A stretch of 64,000 nucleotides of DNA from Haplodiscus bocki (taxonomy: Eukaryota). The stretch spans positions 71,238,001 through 71,302,000 of the forward strand of contig OZ296656.1 in the NCBI GenBank assembly GCA_965655095.1, written 5' to 3'. Shown here piece after piece: positions 11,441 through 23,167 of this stretch. How positions within the stretch are numbered: the first letter of the stretch is position 1; every line of letters starts with the position of its first letter. A program made the translations under genes and the position numbers. Under the pieces are notes generated by a model. That model saw only the letters and a program-made list of their open reading frames with translations, did no database searches and was not told where the DNA came from.

Positions 11441-14400
11441 ATAAAAAGAATCAAGAAAGAAAAAAGTTAAGCCACCGCCACTCAATTAAACAAAAACACC
11501 TACACACACGTCACACAAAGAACGAAACGTTTATCGTGATAAGCTGCCATTGCCAGAATTTCACAAAGCCGGAAAGGAGCTACAGTTGAACTTTAATGCC
11601 ATACGTAGTGTTCAGAAAAACCAATAGACAGGGTCATTCTGCAAAAAACTCATTTAGGGAATTGACATTGAAATCTTTTCCTGATAACGTACGAAGAGAT
11701 TGCTGCCTCGCAGTAGAAATCTCGAAACTGCTAATAGTGAAAATCGATGCTAGCATTCTGGACAAAAACTTTCGAGAAACCCTTTATTTGGAAAACATTA
11801 CTGAAAGGCAATCAAAGCTTCGAAACTTCAACTAAAACATTTGTTTCAAAAATGAAGTATATCCCTTGCTTCCATCACACCTTCCCAACTGCGACTACTA
11901 GGAAAAAAACTTGATAGATTGCTATAAAGACAATAGTGTTCCAGAAAAACTCTTTTTTTTTCTTCCATTAAAGTAGCTGAAAACAACTGAATTTTGGAAA
12001 TTAAATTGAAAAATATCCGCAAAATGCGTGGAACAGGGCGGACTTGACGAAACTTCCTGAAGTAAATACTATCTATTCCAGAAGACATATGCCAGACAAT
12101 CAAAGATCTTCGGGTAAATCACATTTGAAAACATCATTCTAAAAATAATCTAAATTTCGATGTTTAGATTGAAACACTTGACCAAAACATTAGAGAGTAG
12201 TGGCTCTCCACAGACTTTTGTAACTCCAAGTAGCAAAATGGAAAGTTCAAGATTTCAACCGAAGTAAGTTAATTGAAAAGATTCAGTCTGAAAAAAACTC
12301 AGGTAACCTAAAGAATCCTTCCCAGCGTGTTCAACTTTTATTTCGACTGTTCCTTCTCATTTTGTACATCTACAAGACGGAAAAATGATATTTTCGAGAG
12401 ACCACTGATTTTCACCACCGCAACAACTCTCCCTCCTACGCTGTAAAAAAAAACAAGCAAATTTTAACTAAATTGAGTTGCTAACGTGCAGACAAAACAG
12501 GAACGTCATTCGTACTAAAGTGGCGTTGCCAGTTTAAACACAGAGGCGAATGGGAGCTTGAAAAAAGTGGCAGCAAGACAAGCTACGATTGAACCTCAAT
12601 CCGCTCAATTATGTTCCGGAAAATCGCCTTCAAGAACATCAAATTGATAATTATTCAAAATTCGAGGTTTATATAATTTTTCCACATAATAGGCTTTAGG
12701 CAGACTTCCTCAATGCAAATAGGATGCCTCAGCAAAAGAAAGTTGCAATGGAACCAACAGTGTTCACAGAAAGACATTCAAAAGATTAATTCTGCTAGAA
12801 GGTAATTTGAGAAAACTTCAAATTGAAACGTTCGGATGATGTCCGATAATGGACACCGTATTGAAACAAATAGCATTTTGGGGCCTTCCTCAATTCGAAA
12901 CGCTGCTTCAGTTCCTAGACGGCCAGTAGGGGTACCTAACTAGTCTGCATCGAGGAAAATATCCGTGGGGTTGAATTGCTCCGCTTTGAAGTCTAGATTA
13001 GCCATTTACCCTAAACGCGATTGATGTTTCAATTGTTGCATTGTTATGACCAATATTCAATATTGGGGAGCAGAATTCAACTTTTGTCTGAATCCATCTT
13101 TTGGATGCGGCTGCTAACCATGGGCGCTTGGCTTGACTATTTTTCAAAGACATTTGATGCGGCTTCAGTTCGATCGCGGCCATAAATCAATTAAACACGT
13201 ATCCCATCACTCGTTTCGAACAGACTTTCCAAACTGCCAGGACTTGGTTCAAAATTGGTACATTGCAATTAGGCCAATAGTGTTGAAGAAAGTACCTAAG
13301 AAATCATTCTACTAAAAATATATATCTAAAACACGACCTTTGAATTGAACTATTTTAAGTTTAATGTATGAAAAAGTAGATCTCTTGCTCTCTGCCGTTA
13401 TTCCAAAGTGCCCGTAGCTGTATTAAAAATGTATGCTTGCAATCTGATCAACAGGTAATGAGAAAAATGCCGTCTGAAAAAAATTTGGTCAAATGAATTA
13501 CAAGTCATTCGAGCAGTCCCATCTTCAATTTTGTCTTTTCTCGTCCTATCATCTACTTTCGTGAAAAGGCTTAAAAGACATTTTGTTAGATTTTGAATGC
13601 TTTGACCATCGCGGTGATATTCCAACCATCCTTCTAAGCACTAAGCGGAACAAGCCATCATTAATTAAGGCGAGTTGTTAACGTGCAGATACGAAAATTT
13701 CGATCGTAATAAGCTGCCGTTGCATTAACACTAAGACATTACAGGGCCATTAATTTTGCATATTAATATTTTCGTGACGGTGCTCGTCCAGTGGTTTCAA
13801 CGGCTGTCACCCACTTGTAGGTCCAAGGCGACCAACCCGTTTCTGCACGGAGATCCCAAGGTGCCAGCATTAACGTTGCAAAGCTTGTCATGGTTATGAT
13901 CCAACTAAGACGGTCTTCGCTGCTCAAACCATGGCGTAGTACATACACCTCAAGAGGCCATCTTTATAATTCCAGAAATGAAGCCAGACTAAATGTTAAT
14001 GAATTCGTGCTTATATATACGATGTTTCTGTTCTCTGGATTACTGTTTCCAGACTCTTATCAATGGTATATCGAGAGTTGGTTACGGTCTGGCAACTCGC
14101 CGATTTTCTTCCCAGCGAAAACTCAAAAAAACATGGTCCATTTTCTATCAAGTTTCCGTATTTTAGTACAGCACACAATGAAGCTGGTTCAATTTTGCGG
14201 GCAGGCTGACACGAAATTTATGCAAATGCCAGCTTTGATTCCAATTTATGACAACAATGAACTTCAAACAAAAATGGAAAGTTGAAATATTTTCATCAGA
14301 ATTTCATATTTTCATTGAAACGATCAGAGCGTCATTAAAGAAACTATAGCCGACAACAAGCCGGCAACAGCGCGCAAGGTACAAACCAAAATACTCGAAA

Positions 14401-15978
14401 GACGAGACGACCCTCTGATGTTCTGTGAATGCAGGATACCAATGAGGATTATCACATTTTTTCTCGTAAACTTTTACCTCTAATGGTGTTTCTCAGAACA
14501 TGAGCGTTCAATCGACACCAAAATGGTAAAAAGAGCCACTTCAAACTTTTATCTAATTTTGTTGAGATTTTTCAGAATTCCCATTGACGATGGGTTTTTA
14601 TTCGAATTTGTAGACTATAACAAATGGAAACTTTCTCAAAATTGCATGTTTCAGTCAGTGTGTTGCACCTAATAGCGGAAGAGGCTGGCTAAGCAGAAGC
14701 GACGCGAATTCGTTAATGAAGCGTCTCAAAAGACGCCACTGAGCGGGTGCTCGGGTGTTTTTTTCTGCCTTTCTTGAAAACCTAACTTAAAATCTGTCAA
14801 GACACCAAATAAACCAATTCGATCTTTTTGTGTTGCCCAAAGCCGATAGCACTTTCAGGTGATAAAATATACCATTCTGAATATAGCAAACGCGTTTTAA
14901 GTCGCATTTTTCTCTGTTTCTGCAATAAAAAAGTCATGCCCTCGATAGGTCAATGATACCGCAAAAGTTCCATTCGAGGCGTACCGTTTCGCCCCGACGC
15001 AAATAGAATTCACTGAGAAACGAGGTTATATAAAATTTTTGCTGGAAAACGACAAAGACAAAAGGAGTAGTTTGACGTCTTGGAAAATTTTCACAAGGAA
15101 ATTCTTCATAAACAACTGCAGGACCTTTCAAATGATCAAAAAGCAATTCTGCACGTCTAGGCGAACATTTTGAAGGCTTCCATTTTTTTGGCCAGCACGA
15201 CAAAATTTTCGGGCAGTGTCGGAAATTTTATTGTCTCCAGCCAACTTTTTTGGAAACCAAACTAATGCCTAGAAAAAGGCGCCTTGTTGCTTGTAGCCCA
15301 GTGTGTGTTGAAACATGCAGTGAGCGTGTAGAGACGTTGAAGTCTAGAATAAAGATTTGGCCCAATCGCGGAGAAAAATCTACAGGTTTGAAAATTTTGC
15401 TTATGCTTCATATGATCCAAAATAATAATCTAGCAAAAACACAATTTGCTTGCTACCGGAATACTTTTTGCCTGAGTTGTTATTGAAGAGCTTAAGGAAG
15501 ACGATTGCGATTTCATGTAGCCAAGTAGTTAACGTCTCTCGCTCGGCTGGGGCTCAGTCTCGTGTCACACGTCACCATTTTGTTAGAAATTGTTAATGCA
15601 TTGAAATGTTCAGAAGTGATCGCCGATTCCAGGTAGGAAACTCAGTTCTCCAGTAACTTTTGTCCATGAAATGCTTAAAGAAACACATTATTCTCAAAAC
15701 TAGTACCAAAAATTTGCCATACAACCTATTTAAAGCGTGAAAGAGTACTTTTCAAGCAAATCAGCGATTATTAGAACAGTAGACTCCGGTCGATTGGAAT
15801 CCGAATTACTCGGATATCCGTTTAATTCGCATTTGATTTTGAGCCCATTGTGAAAGAAATCATGTATTAAGATCTGGTTAATTCGTTTGGCCAGTTATTT
15901 GTACAAGGTTATCCAGAGCCAAGCACTACGAATTAGCCGGATTCCAATATAGAAAGGGATATCCAATTTAATTTCGTT

Positions 15979-16016
15979 ATCTGACGGTTCAACTTATATA
16001 AGTTGAGCCGTCAGAT
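15979..16016. repeat. 38-bp near-perfect palindrome ATCTGACGGTTCAACTTAT/ATAAGTTGAGCCGTCAGAT
   Basis: The 19-bp arms are reverse complements with one G-T mismatch. Confidence 0.9.
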
Positions 16017-17342
16017 GAAGAAAATAAATTGAGTCAGGTAGTTCCCATTCTAGTCAGGAAGAAAAGAATGAATAAGAATAATGAATTGAGAGATGAAGAA
16101 AAGAAAATTTTTCAATATAATTTGAACGAATTCAGTTAGACTATTGTGCACTTTCCCATGCGACAGAAAACATATATTGATAAAACTTTCAAATACATTA
16201 AAAGTAAGAATTCATTTGATATAATTGTGACAAGACGAAACATCATGAGGAGGGAATGAAACTCTTTGATGTAGATTTTTCGATTTACAAGCAGATACTA
16301 GTTTTCTTCTCCTACTCACGTGAGACAGCACAACGTACAATAGCAAACTGGTTCCAAATACAATATGACAGCACTTTTGATACCCAAAACAGCTCGAAAA
16401 TGATTCTATGGAAAAAGTAAATAATACGTCGCAGATTACATCAGCCGCTAAATATTTCTTTCGAGTTTACTTTTGGTAGCTTTATGCCGAACGATACCTT
16501 CAACACCGCCGTTCTGACGCCGATATTTAGCGAAGTGGTAACACTCGATGTCAATTACTGATTTTTCAGATGGTGAGCCGCAGTTTCGAACACAATGAGC
16601 AAATACAAAGATGCCGCATTTTCCAAGATTAGGCTAGATGAAGTTATGAAACTCGCTAAAACGCGCATTTCCGCGGAAACAATGATTGAAATTCCGATTA
16701 CATGCACCAAAGTTACGCGCATACACAGAGCAACTATTAGCAACTATGCATAAAACCCTCCGATAAACTTCATTCAAAAGTTAAATTTTAGCCAAGTATT
16801 GCTCGCATTCACATTGAATTTGCAAATATCTCGGAAAATTAAAAAAAAAAAAAACGTTGCGCGATAGATGGGGGTACATCTATCAAATCGTTATCTAATT
16901 ACTTGCACAGCTAGCTGATCAAGGATACGTGCCAGTAGACGGCTACTTTTGACCGTTTCAAAATGATCACTACATCAATTCTCAACCGACGGAATCGCAT
17001 TTTTCGAAAAATCTGTTCCCAGCGATGCCAACCTGCAGGCAAAACCTTTTCCATATCAAACTTTTATGATATCATGATATAACTTTTCATTGCAAACAAT
17101 TTTTCGTAGACATGCTAATCATATCTGAGCCGTCACTAATTTATGCATTTCACGGTGTACTACCATTGCATAGTCCAACTTACTATATGCCCTCCAAAGC
17201 ACTTTTTTTTCTGTTAAGAAATGCATAAAAAACACTAAATAACAAAATGTGTCTTAACTCAGTCTCCAAGTTGTGCAAGCTGTTATTTGTAGCTTAAGTA
17301 CTTTTCAAGGAACGCGATCCAAGCAACTATAGTTCGCTTTTA

Positions 17343-17359
17343 GCCTAATTGTTGTGATA
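17343..17359 (+). other. Conserved unit-start motif GCCTAATTGTTGTGATA (representative copy; also at 4604, 6112, 11007, 23168, 28204, 33195, 38442, 43522, 45288, 50345, 52333, 57673, 59331, 61318)
   Basis: Read directly at all 15 unit starts, always preceded by A. Confidence 0.95.
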
Positions 17360-17588
17360 ACGCCTTTTGATTGTGATAGCTATTACTCGCTTGAATCCTT
17401 GGCTCGCTATTAATTGGCCGTCTCCTGTTGACTCAGGATTCTTGTCAATTTTCACCACATACTATTGTGGTGAAATTATCATTTGGAAATTGGAATTTAT
17501 TCAAGTCTTCATTACCTTGCTTACGACCTGTGCTGGAATTGTGCTACAACTGAATTCTTTTCAGTTCTAGTTCAACCTCTATTACATA

Positions 17589-18955
17589 ATGGAACAACCA
17601 ACGGCCCTGCTCGACAACGTCTCTTCTTCTTCTTTAGCAACCGGCAACCCGACAACGGCTAGACCATGTTATCTAACTCCTGAACAACGCGTACAATTCT
17701 ACAACCAAGCACCATCAATGAACAACCAAGAATCTCCACTGCAAAACCAAGATGCACCACCTCAATCTATCACTAAATACATTGACCAAGCACTTCAGCA
17801 ACCAAGTTACTCTGGAATTGCAACTGATAACCAAGCACCTCAACAACCAAGTTACTCTGGAATTGCATGCAACAACATTCCTCAACCAAGAACCATGAAC
17901 ATTCTCAAACTCAAAATTATCCCACCATTCAACAAAGACCACTTCGCAACCAAGGAAACCTTCGAAACAGCCTCCAACCAATGTATCGCTGCTATTCTAC
18001 GTCAATTCTCGCCGCAACTAAGAACGAAACTAACTATCTCAAAAACCTTCACCATGGTCGGAACACGCAGACTTCATACTTTCCACATTGTTGCTCCAAT
18101 CGAGGCCACTGAAGTATTTTCTCGACTCCAGTCAAGTGGAATTGAGATGCTAGGAAGAACAGTCATTCCCCAGGGTGACTCTTTTGAACGCTACATCCCA
18201 GGAATCTATCCGAAACACACTCCGGTACGAATCCTGCAACTTCCCTCACTGTGCCACGAACAAGAGATCCACAATATTCTTGATTTACCAGAATCCACTG
18301 AAATTACGTCTCTACGCCACAATACCGATGTGATCGACGGCATGAATTTCTACAATGGGCGTGCATCAGCCATGGTTCGGGTAGTTTCAAAAGAACATGA
18401 GCAGATGCTACGTGAATGGTCGATCCGAAGTCATGAAAATGGGACACATGAATGGAACGGCATTCCAATTTATGCATTTATACCCTCACTTCATCACTGT
18501 CAACATTGTAAGGTTCACCGTCGGCCCTTCCACGGCCATGACATTGCCTGGTGTCGATATGCAAAGGCCGATGAGCAACTAAGAACAATTCCTACTCCCA
18601 ACAATGGCAACCAAGAGATCTCTGCTCAACCAAGTAACAACGTCTCAACTTCTGAACCCACTGCTCAAACTGATGAAACTAATGTATCGAATGTGACTCC
18701 TGACGAAACCTCTGATGAAACTGACAACCAAGAAGATACTGAAACAAACAGCGAAGAAGATGACTCACAACGTTCATGGCAGACTGCACCCACACACTCA
18801 ACCAAGACTTTTCTGCAACTAAGACCCAATCGCAACCATCTCCGTTTGACACAACCAAGAGGAAAGCAGAACATAACAAAACACGACTCTTCACGGCGCA
18901 CAATCTGACACTCCAGATGCCTGCTCCAAAGAAGAAAAAGAAACCAACGAAATGA
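17589..18955 (+). pseudogene. E5 ORF1, frameshifted near the C-terminus
   Basis: 439-aa ORF matching E2 ORF1; the basic tail KKKKKPTK-stop lies in another frame ending at 18955. Confidence 0.8.
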
Positions 18956-18982
18956 TCTTAGTCCTTAGTTTTCATTTATTTT

Positions 18983-21900
18983 ATGATGAATGTTTTCTCC
19001 TTAAATTGTCGAGGTCTGAAAGACCATAGACGTCTCCACACCATTGTGAATAACTGTATACGAAAACTTTCAGACATCGACAATCTTTGCATGTGCTTGC
19101 AAGAAACTAAGCTCTCTAACCTAAGTAATAACCATCTAAAGATCCTGGAGCACTATCATCTTTCCTATATTCTATATCCTGCTGATGGTCAATCAGGAGG
19201 ACTCCTCACGATTTTTCCAAAAAAAATTTACAGTGCTAGGGACACATAAGTCACCTAACACAATAAGTATCCACTTTTCTCAACATACTTTCACATTAAC
19301 AAACATCTACATCCATTAACAAACATCTACATCAAACCGACTGACTACAAACTTCAACAATTTTTATCAGACATTCTTGCTATTGAGCAATTTCATTGTG
19401 ACACTCACATTCTATGTGGTGACTTCAATGCGTTACCATCAGCTGACTGTACTTCCAGCTGTCATGTTGCAAATAATGATATCCGTCTTCTTAGATATCA
19501 TCGTATCCTTGACATTCTTCATAATCTTCATGTGGTACGTGTTGAACCACACTCACCATCGACGAAATTCACGCACTTTGACAAGAGGACTGGCTCTGCT
19601 AGTCAGATTGATCATTTTTTCACTAATCAACCTCACTATGTATATACTACAACAAAAATTTCCTTTTCCGATCATGCTCTTTCTCTAGAAGTTTCAGATC
19701 TAACTATGACAGGTTCCAGCTACCGGAAACTTAATGACAATGTATTGCTCCATCATGACTATATCACAGGCATCATCTTCGACACTCTACACACCTCTCA
19801 CAATTCAAATAACCTCACGTTACACCATTATGACCTTGTTAAAACCAAAATGAGAGATCGTCTTCGTGCTTTATGCATCTTCTTGCATAAGCAGGCACTT
19901 CATGAAGCGAGATACTTGAATGCCGAAATTTCAAAGCTTGAACATCACATCTACAATAATGATGCTGACCCTGTTCTGATTAAACAGTTGTCCACTTTAA
20001 ACTCGCAACTCATGAATTATCAAAGTATGAAAGCCAAAAAAGACTTTAAACAAATCAAACAATATTTTACAGACTGTCATCATGGCGACTCACATTCTGT
20101 TAAGAAACTCATCTGCTCCCGTAGACAAAAAACTAACATCGAATCAATTGACTTACCAGATGGTTCCTCCACATTTAACATTGATGACATCTTCGGTGAG
20201 TTCCACAACCATTTCCCTCAGCGTTTCACACAGCCACTCTACACAACACCAGACACAATTTCTCACTTCTCAAACATTGAGGACATTTTACAACCATTTC
20301 TAACAACACACTGGAATGCAATACAGGATAATAATGCTCAAAATACTAATCATTCACAGGTAACAGAACAAGAGGTTGAAGAGGCTATTAAAAAACTGAA
20401 TTCAAATAGTGCTCCAGGATTAGATGGTTTAACATCTAACTTTTATAAAGCAAATGCAATTTTTTTTTGTTCCGTACTTAACTACTATATTTAACTTAAT
20501 AATTATACATAATTGGGTTCTTGAATCCTTCACAAGAACTGTAATTAAATTAATTCCGAAAAAACCGGTGTCACGTACGGTTGAAGACTATCGTCCGATT
20601 AGCCTTATTAATACTGAGCAAAAAATTCTGTCTCATCTTCTTGCCAATCGCCTAAAAAACTCACTGACGTCCCTCATTGGCTCACACCAAACTGCATATC
20701 TTCCTCAACGCTCAATTCACTCCTCGCTTACCCAAGTTAATCTAAACTTAGAACAACTCACTGATGAGGATTGTCTTGTTGCCTGTGATTTTACCGACTA
20801 ACATCATGGAGACTCACACTCGGTCAAAAAACTCATTTGCTCACGTCGGCAAAAATCCAACATAGAATCTCTTGACTTGCCAGATGGCTCTACCACATTC
20901 AACATTGACAACATGTTCTATCAATTTCACCACCACTTTTCTCAACGTTTCACACAACCGATCCATGCCACATCAGACCCAACTTCTCACCTCTCTAACA
21001 TTGAGAACCTTTTACAACCTTTTCTCAGCACACATTTGAACGCAATACAAGCTAACATAGCTCAACATACCCATAACTCGCATGTAACAGAACAGGAAGT
21101 GGAAGAGGCAATTAAAAAACTTAACTCCGGTAGTGCTCCAGGATTAGATGGTTTAACATCTAATTTTTACAAAGCTCATGCAAACTTTTTTACTCCATAC
21201 TTAACTATCATTTTTAACTTAATGATCTCACATAACTGGGTTCCTGAAGCCTTCTCAGGAACGGTGATTAAGTTAATACCGAAAAAACCGGTTTCGCGTA
21301 CGGTCGAAGACTATCGTCCGATTACTCTTATTAACACTGATAGAAGATTCTATCTCATCTTCTTGCGAATCGCCTGAAAAAGTCCCTGACCACACTCATT
21401 GGTCCCCACCAAACTGCATACCTTCCTCAACGGTCAATTCATTCTTCGCTTACTCAAGTAAATCTAAACTTAGAATACCTCACAGAGGAGGATTGTCTAG
21501 TTGCTTGTGACTTTAGCAAAGCTTTTGATAAACTCGACCGAACCTATCTTTTTGCTCTCCTACAGCAAATTGGCCTCCATCCGTCCACTCTTGGTCTCAT
21601 CAAACTCATGTATCACCACACTGATGCATTTCTTGATATTAACGGATCGCTATCTCCAGTTATTAACATAACTAGTGGTATCCGTCAAGGATGTCCCCTT
21701 TCTTCGCTCCTCTTTATTCTTGGCCTCGAACCTTTCCTGTTTCATCTCCAACATAACACCTCCATCCAATCATCTAGTCCTTTCAAAATCATAGCTTATG
21801 CAGATGACATTACATGTTGTCTTAAAATCAACAGCCTCCAATATCTCTTCAATACTATCATTTTCTCGTCTGTCACTAACCTGTATCTGAATCATCAGAA

Positions 21901-22978
21901 AACTGAGATCTTATGTTCTGGCTCACTCCCAAGTGGCTTCCTATCAGTTCCCACTGTCCAAATCTTAGGTGTTCAGTTTTCCATAAATAACTCAGCGATT
22001 CAACTGAATTCCGCAATCTTGCAGGCGAACAAATCACGGCTTTTCTGTAATCCATATAATACGTTTCTCGCTCGCGCCAAAAACGTTGAGACTTTTGTTA
22101 TGCAAAAACTCATTCATCAAGTTCGCCATAAATATGTATTGAAGACGCAGCTAGAAAAGCTTGACAATATCTTTGTCGATTCCGTCTGGTTAGGACGTAA
22201 ACATAACATGAAGAAAACTATCCTCCAGAAACCGTGGGCTTCCATGGGAATTGGTCTTAAAAACTTTACGCAGGTTATCACTGCGGCCAAAACTATTGAC
22301 TTTAAGAATTTTCTCTACTCGAATCCTACCAGCAATCAATACCGTCTCTTTCGTAATTCTAAACTTTTTTCCAACATGAGACTCTTACTGCGAACCTTCA
22401 ACTGTACCGTCAGTTTAGATAATACTTCTCAAGTACTTCTCCGCAAATCATCTCAAATCTTAGTTCTTACTCCATTAACGCGAACTCGTGAAGTCTATCG
22501 TTTTCTTAGTTCCACAAATACGCATGATTCTCTCTTGCGTCTAACCCAACTGGCGTCTCGCCTCAATTACCCACCCGATCAAATTTTTATGTTTTTGCGG
22601 CGCCTATGGAAGCACAAATCATATGCAGCGTTTGAGAAAATCTATCTCTATCAATTTTTCATGAACTGTTACATGGATAAAACTGTTAAATTCGAACATG
22701 GATGGACTGATACTCCTTTCTGTTGTTTCTGTGGCTCTGCCAACGAAACCTTCTACCATCTTTTATCGGAATGTCCGAATATTCCTCATCTAAACTTCTT
22801 TCCAACCACAGATCATCCGCAACTCAACTTCCATCTCCCCAACGATTATTACCCCTTTAAACGGCTCATCGCTCTCCTCATTTGTTCGTGGAGTAATGAC
22901 TCGCACAAATTTTCAAAATATTTCATTAACTGTGTGAAACTCAGGAACCCCACTATAAGTTTACATACTAATCTTTGA
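18983..22978 (+). pseudogene. E5 ORF2 EN-RT, disrupted and partly duplicated
   Basis: MNVFSLNCRGL start; APGLDG and RP(I/S).LINT occur twice; GIRQGCPLS, YADD, C-terminal CCFC finger. Confidence 0.92.
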
Positions 22979-23167
22979 CAATAGTAATCTAAGTTTTAAT
23001 CATAACTACGTTTGAATTATAACTAAGCTTTGAGCATGATCAAGTTTGAACTGCCACTATGATACCTTTGATATACATTTCTGGATTTCTGATTTCTGAT
23101 AGATAACTAATCATTTGTCTCACTAATCATTTGTATTAAGATACTTGAATGAATTAATTCTTTAAAA

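Larger units (their letters stand above)
17343..23167 (+). mobile_element. E5: family A full-length element with an internal ORF2 duplication
   Basis: Starts with the motif in unique DNA; ORF1 17589-18955, ORF2 18983-22978 with ~0.7 kb repeated; ends AATTAATTCTTTAAAA. Confidence 0.93.

Noticed and set aside
12860-15500. Short ORFs in the inter-array DNA as host exons or transposase remnants
   Set aside because: 60-130 aa with no motif I recognise and no supportable splice structure; needs BLASTX
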